Shown in pieces: positions 14,618-27,055 of a stretch of DNA of 64,000 bases. The stretch is from the NCBI GenBank assembly GCA_012295275.1, contig CM022674.1:2480001-2544000 (forward strand), written 5' to 3'. Below the pieces are notes generated by a model. The model saw only the letters and a program-made list of their open reading frames with translations, was not told the DNA's origin and made no database searches. Position 1 is the stretch's first letter, and the number at the start of each line of letters is the position of its first letter. Position numbers and translations under genes: made by a program. This DNA is from Chrysomallon squamiferum. Taxonomy: Eukaryota > Animalia > Mollusca.

Positions 14618-16525
14618 GTAAGTTTTGTTTCGTTGTTGTTGTTTTTTTTTTAGTTTTTTTTTTTAATTCCAAAGTATATACAAAGACGTGAATAAGACTA
14701 AAGGATACTATCAGTAACTTCAATTAACATTTATTTAGTTATTTATTTATTTATAAAATACGAATCCATGTTTTATTTGTATTTCTGACCGTTGAGGGCA
14801 AAGACGATTACTTTTTTTTTTTGGCAAGAATATTGAAATTCACGCTTTCGCTGTAAATTTAATCCTGGATTTTTCCTTTTGATAACCAGACAGGATCTGA
14901 TCTTCGGAACTTTTAAAAAAAAACAAAAAACTTCTCAGAAATTTCTTCTCCATTTCTGTTTTCATTCTTCTTGTTTTTCGTCACTGGAAGTCACGTGTCA
15001 CAGCTGGACCGGAAGTGGATTTTCGTTCCCTGAGTACGACAAGGAAAGTGTTTTAAAGTGGATTTTATTGTAACTGTTTTCACACTTTAGCTTAAATACA
15101 GGAAAACTTCACAAAAGCTGGACTTCAGAAGTTTTTAACCTTTTTAACAGTAAGAACATATACATACATATTTTTTTAATTTCGTGTTCTGTAGGAAGAA
15201 TGTGGACTATTCATCTTAAACATCTGTTTCGGATTATATTACAATATTTATGACAACACTGAGATGTTTTCACAATATCGACTCATATATATATATATAT
15301 TTTTCTTTTTTTCTAAAGCTGAGTAAGTTTTAACTGTTTCTCTACTGTAATGACAAAACGCTGAATCGTTTAAAACTACTGATATTCGTGACGACGTTGG
15401 AACAAAGCAATGATGATGTGTAACTGTCACGCGAATGAACTTTAAAATTGCTTTCAAACAATTCAGGTGTGAGAATTTCTCTTGTTCCTGTTCCTAAAAC
15501 TACGACTACTACGACGAGCCTCTGTCATCGGATAAACGTTAAACAACGTCACTTGCACGTTAAACGTTGTATTCTGCTCACGTCGTCAACATCAAACGCG
15601 ATGCATTGACTGCATTGCAGCGATCAAACAGAACGTAGAAGTAAAAGTATTGATTTTCGACGATGATTAACAATAATAATACTGCAGCTATTATCATTCA
15701 GTCACCAATTTAGCAGAGTGAATCTTCATATTCGACGTACTGGCTATAAGTTGTTGGGAAACTGTTTGCAGTTACCGGAGATTAAAAATTTTCATCACCA
15801 TTAAAGCTAGCGAAAAATATAAAACAGATAAAGACATCTTCAAGACATGAATGGATTGTTGACGTCTGCTACCTACGAGAGGTAATAAGTGTGCGCTGAT
15901 GAGCGTGTTTTCAAACAGTGTGTTGATGTTACGCGACAAATGTTCTGTGTTGATGATCCTAATTAATTCGATATACAAATCGAGATGTTTTGACTGCCTT
16001 TCCGAAGAGAAATGTTCTGACTTGATTGAGCGTGTGTTCGACGTGTTAACGAATTCTTGTTTACTTTCGTCTCAAGGCAAAAGTGTTGTAGTTTTTTTTT
16101 TTTCATATTTTTTAAACGGAAATTTGAATGTTCTGGACCGATGACAACACAGTCGTAACCTAGATCACTAACAGGGTTCAAACTTACCTCGCGTTTTTAA
16201 CACACACTTTTACTACAGGACACCAACCTAATAATTATCAAGACGTAGAAAAACAACAACAACAACATATATCTGTTTTCACTCGTAGTTCATCACACTG
16301 ATTGGTATTATGTGACTTTCAGTGCTATTTTGGATTTTATTTGCACATATTCAGTGATACCGCTCACATATCACAGGTAATATATATTTACCTTTCTGTG
16401 TATACGCAGTTGAATGAAGTATAGATACATTATACAGACTCGTTTATATCGATTTGTGTTTTGTTCTTTGAAAGGTAGTGATGACTTTTTAAATTTTTTT
16501 TTTTTTTTTTTTTTTTATTTTTCAG
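14618..16525 (+). other. Putative 5'-UTR intron of the GPCR gene
   Basis: GTAAGT donor at 14618 and a long poly-T tract ending TTTTCAG at 16525, 335 nt upstream of the ATG. Alternative donors exist (e.g. CAG|GTAAT at ~16377). Confidence 0.25.
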
Positions 16526-16860
16526 TTTAACGAACACAATGGAATGTTTGTTTCAGCAGATTGAGAGAGAACGAAGTTATAGCATTTGATTCGTGGTGGG
16601 GAAAAAAAATTTAAAAATCAACATTTGAGATTTTATGGAATAGAGTGATGATCCATGAATTAAAAAAACAACAAAAAACAAAAAAACATTCAGATTTTGT
16701 TCAATAAATATTCGAACTTAAATGTCAGCATCATTATAACAGCGGTACATTAAACGAGAAAACTAACTGATGAATCGATGTGTTTCAGTGTCAAACGAAA
16801 AAACAATTATTTTTCCTCTTAATCTTTCGTCGGGGAAAGTAACTCGATCCACGCGCTCAA

Positions 16861-18042
16861 ATGCCAGACAACAACTTACAGCGTTACGAGAGTGCTCACG
16901 CAGATTCGGACCATCATCATCATCATCATGTCTACGACACCCGTGGAACGTTCAACCAGTCCGCAGTAACGCGCGCGGACCTCTCAGAAGAACGTGCTGT
17001 CCTGGCGGTGAGTAACATGAACGTGGACACCATCCTCGTCAGCGTCATCCTGGGCCTGATTGTCTTCGTCACCATCACCAGCAACGTGTTCGTCTTCCTG
17101 GCCGTCATCTCGCACAAGAAGCTGCGCACCGTCTCCAACTACTTCATCGTTTCGCTCAGCCTCGCCGACCTCCTCCTGGGGTCCGTCGTCATGATCCCCG
17201 CGGCCCTGAACGAGACTGTCGTGGAGTGGGTGCTGGGGACCGAGTTCTGCTCGATCTGGGCCTCGTTCGACGTCATGCTCTGCAGCGCCTCCATCCTCAA
17301 CGTCTGCCTCATCAGCCTCGACCGCTACATGTCGATCATGACCCCGCTGCGCTACAACGCCGCCATGACGCACCGGCGCGCGTTGCTGCTGCTGGCCGGG
17401 ACGTGGACGGTGTCGGTGCTGACGTCGTTCGTCCCGATTCAGAACGGCTGGCACAACCCGGACATGCCAACGTTAGAGAACCTGACGATTTCGGGCAGCG
17501 TGCCGCGCTGCGTTTTCGTCGTCAGCTTCCCGTACGCCATCACGGCTTCCTCGGTGACGATCCTGCTACCCATGATCGTGGCCTTCGTCCTCTACTACAG
17601 AGTCTCCAAGGTGGCCAAGAGACAGGCCTGCTTCGTGGGCACCCTGCTGGCTCCCAGTCACGTGCTGCTGGGCAAGCCGATGTCGTCGAAAAGCATCCGG
17701 GAACCGTTCACGAGAAAAGCGACCGTGACTCTGGGCATCATCGTCGGAGCCTACGTCGTGACGTGGGCGCCTTTCCTCGTCGTCAACATGGTGGAGTCGT
17801 ACTGCAGGTGCCTGCCGCAGAAAGCGTTCATCAGTTTCGTGTGGCTCGGTTACTGCAACAGTCTCATCAACCCGATCATTTATCCCTTGTTCATGAGGGA
17901 CTTCAGGAAAGTGTACGGGAGAATACTTCAGGGACTGTGTCCCCGATTCAGGTTGTTAAAGAAGGCTTCCAAAGCGTCTAAAGTCATCGTGAACTGCAAC
18001 GACTCCGGGGGAGCTAAGATTGAGCTCCGTCAACAAAAGTGA
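16861..18042 (+). CDS. HTR6: Class A aminergic GPCR, 5-hydroxytryptamine receptor 6-like; single coding exon, 393 aa
   Basis: Seven hydrophobic segments. TM2 SLSLADLLLGSVVMIPAALN; TM3 WASFDVMLCSASILNVCLISLDRY (D3.32, DRY); ICL2 PLRY; TM4 SFVPIQNGWH; TM6 KATVTLGIIVGAYVVTWAPFLVVN; ECL3 CRC; TM7 WLGYCNSLINPIIYPLFMRDF, matching the vertebrate 5-HT6 signature WLGYCNSTMNPIIYPLFMRDF as I recall it. Strong GC3 codon bias against AT-rich flanks. An alternative start is possible at AACATG (17018). Confidence 0.92.
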   Translation: MPDNNLQRYESAHADSDHHHHHHVYDTRGTFNQSAVTRADLSEERAVLAVSNMNVDTILVSVILGLIVFVTITSNVFVFLAVISHKKLRTVSNYFIVSLSLADLLLGSVVMIPAALNETVVEWVLGTEFCSIWASFDVMLCSASILNVCLISLDRYMSIMTPLRYNAAMTHRRALLLLAGTWTVSVLTSFVPIQNGWHNPDMPTLENLTISGSVPRCVFVVSFPYAITASSVTILLPMIVAFVLYYRVSKVAKRQACFVGTLLAPSHVLLGKPMSSKSIREPFTRKATVTLGIIVGAYVVTWAPFLVVNMVESYCRCLPQKAFISFVWLGYCNSLINPIIYPLFMRDFRKVYGRILQGLCPRFRLLKKASKASKVIVNCNDSGGAKIELRQQK

Positions 18043-18522
18043 AAAAATCTTAGTACGTGTTTGTGCTGTTTACCATATTGTCAGTTCTTAATTTTTATTT
18101 ATTTTTTTTTTTATTTTTATTTTTTTTCATGTGTATGTTAACATTGTGCAAGATGTTCCAAGAGCTATCTATACATCACGAAAATGTTGTCACGAAGCAC
18201 AAAGTATCAAAGTTGATGTTATATAATGTATGGGTTAATGTTGTGGAGATTCTACTGTATCACACTTATTGTATATTATCATATTTATACCGAAAATACT
18301 TTAAGCCAAAATGAAGCTGATACATACATACATATATGTATATGTTTATGTGTGTGCATGTATGTATAATACATATACACACACACACACACACATATTT
18401 GTATATATATGATTGTTTTCATTGTAAGCAATATATCAAACCTTTTATAATAATAATAATAATAACAACAACAGCAACAACAACAAATAACAGCCACAGC
18501 GACCACAACAACAGCAACAGCA

Positions 18523-18569
<47 letters not shown>

Positions 18570-18709
18570 CAAAGTCAGTAATGAACAAATTCGCTACAAC
18601 CGGTCACAAAACGATGAAATACACTGTGGAGTGATAAAACTTAGCTTATGTGGAAGAGAACAGTATCGATTTTACAACAATGACAACTGACAACAACATT
18701 GATTTCCTT

Positions 18710-18715
18710 AATAAA
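18710..18715 (+). terminator. Candidate polyadenylation signal for the GPCR mRNA
   Basis: AATAAA in unique sequence followed by a GT/T-rich stretch (TGTGTTGTTTTTTT). Other AATAAA hexamers occur nearby. Confidence 0.22.
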
Positions 18716-19087
18716 GCTGTGTTGTTTTTTTATCTTTTTTTTATTATTTATTATCATCATTACAAAAGAGAAGCAAAAGAGTGTTAGGAAATCGCAACAT
18801 GGGATTGAAAAACTGTGATAGATATAGATCGGTGAGCTCGTGTGCGTGCCAGCGTATATAAAATATTAAACGATTATAAATATTAAATGCATTTTCCTAC
18901 TTGCGAAACATTGTAATTCAGTCACGATAATATTTTATTATTTATTTTACAATATTGAAGTCGAATAGACGAGTACATACATGCTTGGATACACGTACAT
19001 ACATACACATAAATAAATAAATAAATATATATATATATATATATTGACATACGCAAATATATATACACACACACATATACACATAGG

Positions 19088-19131
<44 letters not shown>

Positions 19132-19197
19132 TACAGAAACTCAACACATACACACACAAACACACAAACATCTATCGTTTTTAGCTCTTTTTTTTAC

Positions 19198-19245
<48 letters not shown>

Positions 19246-20046
19246 TTTTTTTTTTTTTTTTTTTTCTTTTTATTAATTATCACTAAGTTCAAATATTAGA
19301 GATATTTGGGGGTTTTTTCTATAAAAAAACGTTTAGATAAGAATATTTACCGGATAAACTGATAGCAACACGTACCTGAAAAAAAAAAAAAAAACTTTAC
19401 GGCTAATAACGACCTTGTTGTTTTAACAATGGCAGATGCTGTTGTCACATTGTTGACCACAAACATGATGGAACATATTCTTCAAACTTTCTTTCTTTTA
19501 ATCTGACGAACGTACCACTCAGCACAGTAAGCTGGTAATCTGGAGTTAATGTCAAAATCAGTGATGCATATTTAAGGACGTACCAAGCCATTAGCTGTGC
19601 AAGATATTGTAACACGTGTCTGATGTGTTCGTATGGGAATTTCCGTGTGTCAGAATATATTTTTGTATCAAACTGAGTAAGCACTGTAGACAATGTACTC
19701 TATATACATATGTGTGCATAAGGATTCATGACATTAACCATTGTGAGTATGTAAAAAACAAAAAGAAATAGTTTATAGTTATCTCATCACTTCTGGTGTT
19801 AAAGAGAAGTGTTGTTTCATATTAACAAGGTAACATGCCATTTGATGATTCCTTCAACACCTCTTCTGATTATTTACATTTCCATGGGTTTACACAGTAT
19901 ATTTTTTTTTTTTTCCGGTTAAGCTATTTCTATATGATTTGCGGTCTATACAGTTTGAGACAATTCCAGATAAATCAGTAGGAATGACCTTTTCACATTC
20001 CACTTTTTTTTCTTTTTTTTTAAAATGTATTTGTCTTTTTCTTCTA

Positions 20047-20088
<42 letters not shown>

Positions 20089-20157
20089 AATGTTCACTTG
20101 ATGGTAATGACAAACAGTGTAACAAAGAACTGAAAAAACACAATTTAACAACAAAAA

Positions 20158-20188
<31 letters not shown>

Positions 20189-21094
20189 ATATAAATAAAG
20201 AATAACGATAACAATATGATTGCAAACATCATGTTTCAAAATTCCTGGTTGCACTAATATGTTGTTATCGTTCAGAGATCAGGGAAAGCAGATTTCAAAG
20301 TAAGACAGTGTCAGTGATTCCGAACAACAGATAAAGATTTTTATTATTTTTTTATTATTATTTTTTTTTTACAGATAATATTGCATCTTATTCCGGACAA
20401 CATATTTTTATGATAATTCCCCCCAAAAGACTCAATTTGTGATATTTAAAAAAGAATATATTTTGTGTAAAATAAATCAAGATATATTTGTATAGTTCCA
20501 AGCAGACCATGTCTTGCCTTGATTACAAACCAGATACGTTTTATGACGAGAGCAGATGACGTTTGGACGTGGTGACATTAAGCAATACACAATCTGGACT
20601 ACGCAAACAACACATCTAGCAAATAAAACATTTTTATTTATTTATTTATTTATGTTTCGACAAATTTTTTTTTTATTCTTTTTTTTTTTTATTATTATTT
20701 TTTTTAATGGTTGTTTATTTTTGTTTTGATCACTTGAAAGAAAAAAAAACAACACTGTGACAAGAAAAAAGTTTTCGTGTGAAAAAAAAAGAAAAAGAAT
20801 AATCTGTTTCTATTTTTGGTATATACTAATTTAAAACGAAATCATGTCACAACGTATTAATGTACAACGCGACATTATTCTGATGAGGCGAAATGATATT
20901 TTCTAATCTTGCATATCCGGGCAAAGAAATGTTATTATTAATCGCTAGATACATCATTGTGACGGGTGTATGATTGGATGATTTCCAAAGTGACAGATGT
21001 CGTGCACTGTCTCATAAATTTGTATTTTTGTTTCAGTTATTCATAGAGTAACTGCAATGATGTTTTATTTATTATTATGATTTATTATTATTAG

Positions 21095-21135
<41 letters not shown>

Positions 21136-21164
21136 CATTATTATTATTATTTTTAAGAACTCAT

Positions 21165-21450
21165 ATTCTTATGATTAGTGTTGAAATATTTATATTCGTA
21201 CCATAAGTATCAAACTACCGTATATTCGTAATAAAAGTACCAGAATACTTATATTCGCTTGATGAGTAATAAAATACATTCCTTTTTTTTTAATAAATAT
21301 TAAATAACATATATTGTGATAAAATATTTATGTTTGTTTGGAATGTATTAATACACTTATAATTCGTATCATAAGTATTGAAATACTAATATTCGTATTT
21401 ATATTAAAACTGTTTATATTTGTTTGGTAAATGTTAAAATATTTAGGTTC
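21165..21450. repeat. Highly degenerate ~30-bp tandem repeat (AATACTTATATTCGT-like core)
   Basis: Recurring AATA..TATATTCGT motifs at ~21184, 21213, 21244, 21350 and 21382. Confidence 0.5.
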
Positions 21451-21829
21451 ATGTTTATGTAATACATACAAGAATATGATATTTTTAACGTTTTTTTTTC
21501 TCTATTTATTCAGGTTTTTCGAATGTAGGGGTTATATTTTTTTTTTTTCATCAGTACAAGAACACATGTATGGAACAAAAATATATAACTAGTTTTAATT
21601 CTGACTTTGTAGAGGATTCAGTAAAGCTGAATTCGACATTTGATGTTTGTTCAGTGAGAAAAAAACGTCAAAATAATGTCTACATGAGTGTCAAAATATC
21701 GTGTCCAGATACGTCAAAACAGTCAAAATATTAAAGTTGTATCAGTTAGTAGTCGACCTTACAGTTCCCTAACTCCATTTTGAATTATCACGCAACTATA
21801 ATCAATATGAGTTTACTAGGTATAGTTAG

Positions 21830-21861
<32 letters not shown>

Positions 21862-22269
21862 TTGACTTACAGAAATGTTTAAAAATATATACTGACTATT
21901 TTATGGAAAATGTTAACGTAATGAAAAGCCACCAAAAAAAAAAAAATATAATAAAATATATATATAATATATATAAAAAAATAAAAATAGAAATAAAGAA
22001 ATACATAAAAGAAAAAGAAAAAAACCCAAAGAATAAAGGCTAAGTATTTAATGGAAAATTGTGATACATTACGTATCCTTTTGGGGTACGAGTCAAAAAT
22101 TGATACACAATATTTGTGTTATTAAAATAACACCACCATTTACTGAACAAAACAGAAAAAAATCAACAATATTTTTTTAGTACGATTTTTCACACATTAA
22201 AGAAAATAGAATAAAATTAAGATAAAATAATGAAACCTAAAATGAAAGGTCAACAAATTTTCACGATAA

Positions 22270-23070
22270 TGAACAAAATCTCTGTGTGTGATATTAATGA
22301 TGAATATAATCTGTATGTGATATTCGGTAAATACTATATAGGTTTGTGATGAACAAGCTGAATATAGTTTGTGTGAAAAGTTATAGAAAAACTACAACTA
22401 CAGCATCAATTTGTGTGTGATATTCAGGGTTAATACAATACATTAGTGATGTTGAAAATGAATACTATTTGTGTATGTGATATTAACGAAAAATACAACA
22501 TTGTAACAAAATGAATACAAATTATGTTAACTGTCAAAGAAAAATACAATATTGTAACAAAACGAATACAATTTGTGTGTGATATCAGAGAAAAATATAC
22601 CACTGCATCAAGAAGAATACAATTTTTGTGTGTGTTATTGAAGAAAAATACAATTACCACTATCAAAATGAATACAATTTGTGTGTGGTTTTACAGAAAA
22701 AAGAAATATTGCTCTCAAGATGAATTCTCTTTTTTGTGTTATATTCAGGATTAAAACAATACAACAGTGATGTTGAAAACTGAATACAATTTACCTGTGA
22801 TGCTACAGAAAACTCTAATATTGAATTAAAACTCGTTATTCAGGAAGAGCACTAATAATGAATAAGGATAAAAATTAAACAGTATATTTTGTGTGTGAAT
22901 AACGGTGACAATACGCTTGTATGAAATAAACAAACACGTCAGTTTTATACAACATGAATACAATGTGTGAGTGATATTAAACAAAAAAAATATTGACAAG
23001 TACATACTACACTGAGTATTATACAATTTCTGTTCGATGATCAGGAAACATAAAGTATGTGATATAAAGT
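22270..23070. repeat. Old degenerate ~51-58 bp minisatellite (AATGAATACAATTTGTGTGTGATATT core)
   Basis: Core recurs at ~22458, 22511, 22561, 22613, 22668, 22720 and 22780, with further decayed copies on both sides. Confidence 0.7.
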
Positions 23071-23269
23071 ATGAGTCATACATACTCCATTGTTTTTCAA
23101 CAAACAATTATTATCATTACATTCAAGAAAACAAAATGAATTCTTATTATACCGATGGAATGCACAATATTTCTTTTTCGAGCAATACTTTTCACTTTAT
23201 TTTATTTATTTATTTATTTATTTGTTTATTATTATTTGTTTCTGTACTGTGTGTCATGTTTCAAGAAAC

Positions 23270-23545
23270 TTCTTACGTGTGGTCGCACCTTTAGCAAGAA
23301 GTCATTTACAGAAGATGGATTCTAAAGTTCTTACGTGTGGTCGCACCTTTAGCAAGAAGTCATTCACAGAAGATGGATTCTAAAGTTCTTACGTATGGTC
23401 GTACCTTTAGCCAAAAAACTGCTCTCAGTCATTGGTTCCTGAACATTCCTACGTGAGATCGTACCTTTAGCAGGAAATTATTCCCAGATCATGGTTTCTA
23501 AAATTCACTATGTGTGAACGACCTTTAGCAAGAACACATTCTCAT
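23270..23545. repeat. 58-bp tandem repeat, ~5 copies, diverging left to right
   Basis: TTCTTACGTGTGGTCGCACCTTTAGCAAGAAGTCATTTACAGAAGATGGATTCTAAAG at 23270 and 23328 is nearly identical; later copies keep the ACCTTTAGC core. Confidence 0.88.
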
Positions 23546-23910
23546 AAAAGATGAAAACTGTACTAGACGATCCCAGTTTATATTTGTATGTGTGTACATA
23601 TAATACTGTGTGAAGCTGACACCTTGTTCTGAAAGCTTTAAGAAATGAAGAGATTTTCTGATTAGCTCTGCAGACGTTAATATCACATAAGTAATTATAA
23701 TATTGTCTTTCAAAACTAAACATAGATGAACATATATATGTATATCACTTATTTTTAGACCGTTAATAACATAATCTCATTATTACTGTAATTGTTGTTA
23801 GTGTTACATATGACCAAAAAGAAAAGAAAAAAAAGAATATAATTTATTGTTGACAAATACCGTTGAAGTTTTGTTTGTTTGTTTGTTTGTTTGTTTATTT
23901 ATTTATTTGT

Positions 23911-23989
<79 letters not shown>

Positions 23990-24353
23990 TTAGATTGTTG
24001 TTTAGTTTTGTTTGAGAATCTATGACATGTATTTTACTTCATAATATAGCAACTGCACAATTATATTATCTTTGGAAAAACCTGTGGTAAGTACTGTCTT
24101 GCTAAGAAAACCAGATACGTTGTGAAATAACAATGGAAATAAAAAGTATTATTTAATTTGTATTAATGATTTTCTTCTAATAATATATGTCCTTTCCTTT
24201 CTGTTAGGAGTCTGTATGTACGTACGTGTGTTTGTCCGTTCCGTCATTTGTCTGTCCTCCTTCTTTGATGCATTCATTCATCTTTATTTTATTCAAAGAC
24301 AGAGTAATATTTGTGTTATTATACTTCAGCTTTTTCTAGTTGTCACTTCTTTT

Positions 24354-24414
<61 letters not shown>

Positions 24415-25653
24415 TTATTATTATTATCATCATCATCATCATCATCATCATCAATATCAGTAGTAATTATTGATTAACTAATTTATTTTTCCTGATTTCA
24501 TTCAAATTCTTTCATACAAAAAAAAAAAAAAAAAAAAAAAAATCAAATCAAATCAAATCCAGGAAAAGAAAAGAAAGAAAAATGAAAATACAAATATGTT
24601 CTTTATTGTTTGAACACAAAGAAACGATGTTACTGCATGACTGACAGAGCAAACTAATACAAAAAAAAAAAAAAAAAAAAAAAAATGAAAGAACAAAATG
24701 CCAGAAAAGAAAAAAAAAGATAAATCGAGAAAAAAAGGACAAAAGACGCGAAAAATGAAAAAGGTTAAAAAAAAAAAAAAAAAAAAAATCAATGAGAAAT
24801 TGTGGAAGAAAAAGGAAAAAAAAAAACGGAAGGAAAGATGGATAGAGAGAAAGATGGATGGATGCATGGATGGATATATGTATAAACGGACAGATTGACA
24901 GATAGATTATGGAGGCAGATAGTCAAGCTAGTTGGCAGACAAATACAGAGACAGACAGACAGACAGACAGACGAAAGGTAGAGAGATAAGGACTAAGAAA
25001 GAAACAAACAAACGGAGAACAGAATCGGCAAATGACTAACGAAAAAAGACAACAAAGACTTGAGAAACGAACGACGAATCGAAGCAAGAAGAAAGAATGA
25101 AGGGAGGAAAGAAAGAAAGAAGAACAAATGAAGAAAGAAAGAAAGAACAACAATTGAAGAAAGAAAGAAATGACAAAATAAAGCAGCTAAGATGAAGAAA
25201 GAATTGTTAAAGAGAAACGTCAAAGATAAATGCCAAATAGAAAATTACTGAAGCTATTCTGTTTCGCAGACAGTTCAATTCCCATGTAAAGATAAAAACG
25301 GGAAATCAAATCCTGCAGTTTACTTGTAATTTTAACCGATAAATTATGACTTTAAGTTAAATATAGTCTCCGTTCTTCACAAAACTGGTAAACATATTGA
25401 ATTTGCTTTGTAAATTTAATATTGAAATCTAAATTATAAATCTTTTAATACTGTTATTAAATTGCTCGACAATATTTTTTTTTCTTTTTTTTTCTTCTAT
25501 TTTTTGGTTTTTGTTTCTCCAGTTAAAGGTTTATCAATTATTCGTTAATTGGAATAACATGAGTAATAATAGGGATGTTCTTTGAGGCATCGTTGGAATT
25601 TATTGATCTTTTACCATACGTCAAAAGCAACAAAAGGATAGAATTAGAGAGAA

Positions 25654-25665
<12 letters not shown>

Positions 25666-25750
<85 letters not shown>

Positions 25751-26004
25751 CAGAGAGAGAGAGAGAATGAGAGAGTGATAGAGAGAGAGACAGAGAGATG
25801 AGAGAGAGACAGAGACAGAGAGAGAATGAGAGAGAGACAGAGACAGACAGAGAGAGAGACAGACAGAGAGATAGACAGAGAGAGAGAAAGAAAGAGAGAG
25901 AGAGAAAGAAAGAGAGAGAGAGAGACAGCGAGAGAGAAAGAAAGCGAGAGACAGAGAGAGAGATAGACAGAGAGAAAGAAAGAGAGAGTGAAAGACAGAC
26001 AGAC

Positions 26005-26091
<87 letters not shown>

Positions 26092-27055
26092 ATACTGACT
26101 GATGGTGGAGCGGCAGTGAGCTTGAATGAGGCAGAAATAAAGATATAAATATAATGGAACACGTATCAAAATATTCAAAATATAAACTCAAAATCGGCAC
26201 GTACACGCACACGCACACACATACGTTCATTGATTCACGCTCAAACACAGTGACCTCCACTAAGATCACAGAGAATTAGAAAGAAACGCTTGACTGTTTG
26301 AGCTTGCGTATACGATTCGGGGAGGGAGAGGAGGTAGGAGGGTGACCGCTGTCCTCCCTCCCCATTCGTACGTAGATATATTCTAACCAATATATTAACT
26401 GACTGGAACTCTGTCGTATTTCTCTCTATGTACGTAGGTATGTTCTAACTAATATATTAACTGACTGGAACTCTGTCGTATTTCTCTCTACGTACGTAGA
26501 TATATTCTAACTAATATATTAACTGACTGGAACTCTGTCGTATTTCTCTCTATGTACGTAGGTATGTTCTAACTAATATATTAACTGACTGGAACTCTGT
26601 CGTATTTCTCTCTACGTACGTAGATATATTCTAACTAATATATTAACTGACTGGAACTCTGTCGTATTTCTCTCTATGTACGCAGATATGTTCTAACTAA
26701 TATATTAACTGACTGGAACTCTGTCGTATTTCTCTCTATGTACGCAGATATGTTCTAACTAATATATTAACTGACTGGAACTCTGTCGTATTTCTCTCTA
26801 TGTACGCAGATATGTTCTAACTAATATATTAACTGACTGGAATTCTGTCGTATTTCTCTCTATGTACGCAGATATGTTCTAACCAATATATTAACTGACT
26901 GGAACTCTGTCGTATTTCTCTTTATGTACATCGATTAATTACAGACATTTTTCTTAATGATTTATCAGTCTTTAACTTCTGAAACGTTGCTAAGAACTTT
27001 TTTTTTTCTGTTTTATTTCCGTTAATTATGAGAAAATATAGCTATCAGTTGACAG
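25666..27055 (-). mobile_element. Modular repeat element copy 1 (array-bearing): unique block, 62-bp array, GC hairpin, conserved block, (CT)n; non-autonomous TE-like (Helentron/DINE-like or retroposon)
   Basis: Reverse complement aligns with 37570-39270, and outside the array/hairpin with 36340-36873 and 51470-51857. Confidence 0.75.
26366..26928 (-). repeat. 62-bp tandem array, 9 units
   Basis: CTGGAACTCTGTCG at 26403, 26465, 26527 ... 26899 with an exact 62-bp period (one unit reads CTGGAATTC). Confidence 0.97.

Noticed and set aside
16984-17981. Overlapping 251-aa (+) and 156-aa (-) ORFs within the GPCR
   Set aside because: Expected shadow ORFs of a high-GC3 coding sequence; no recognisable domain.
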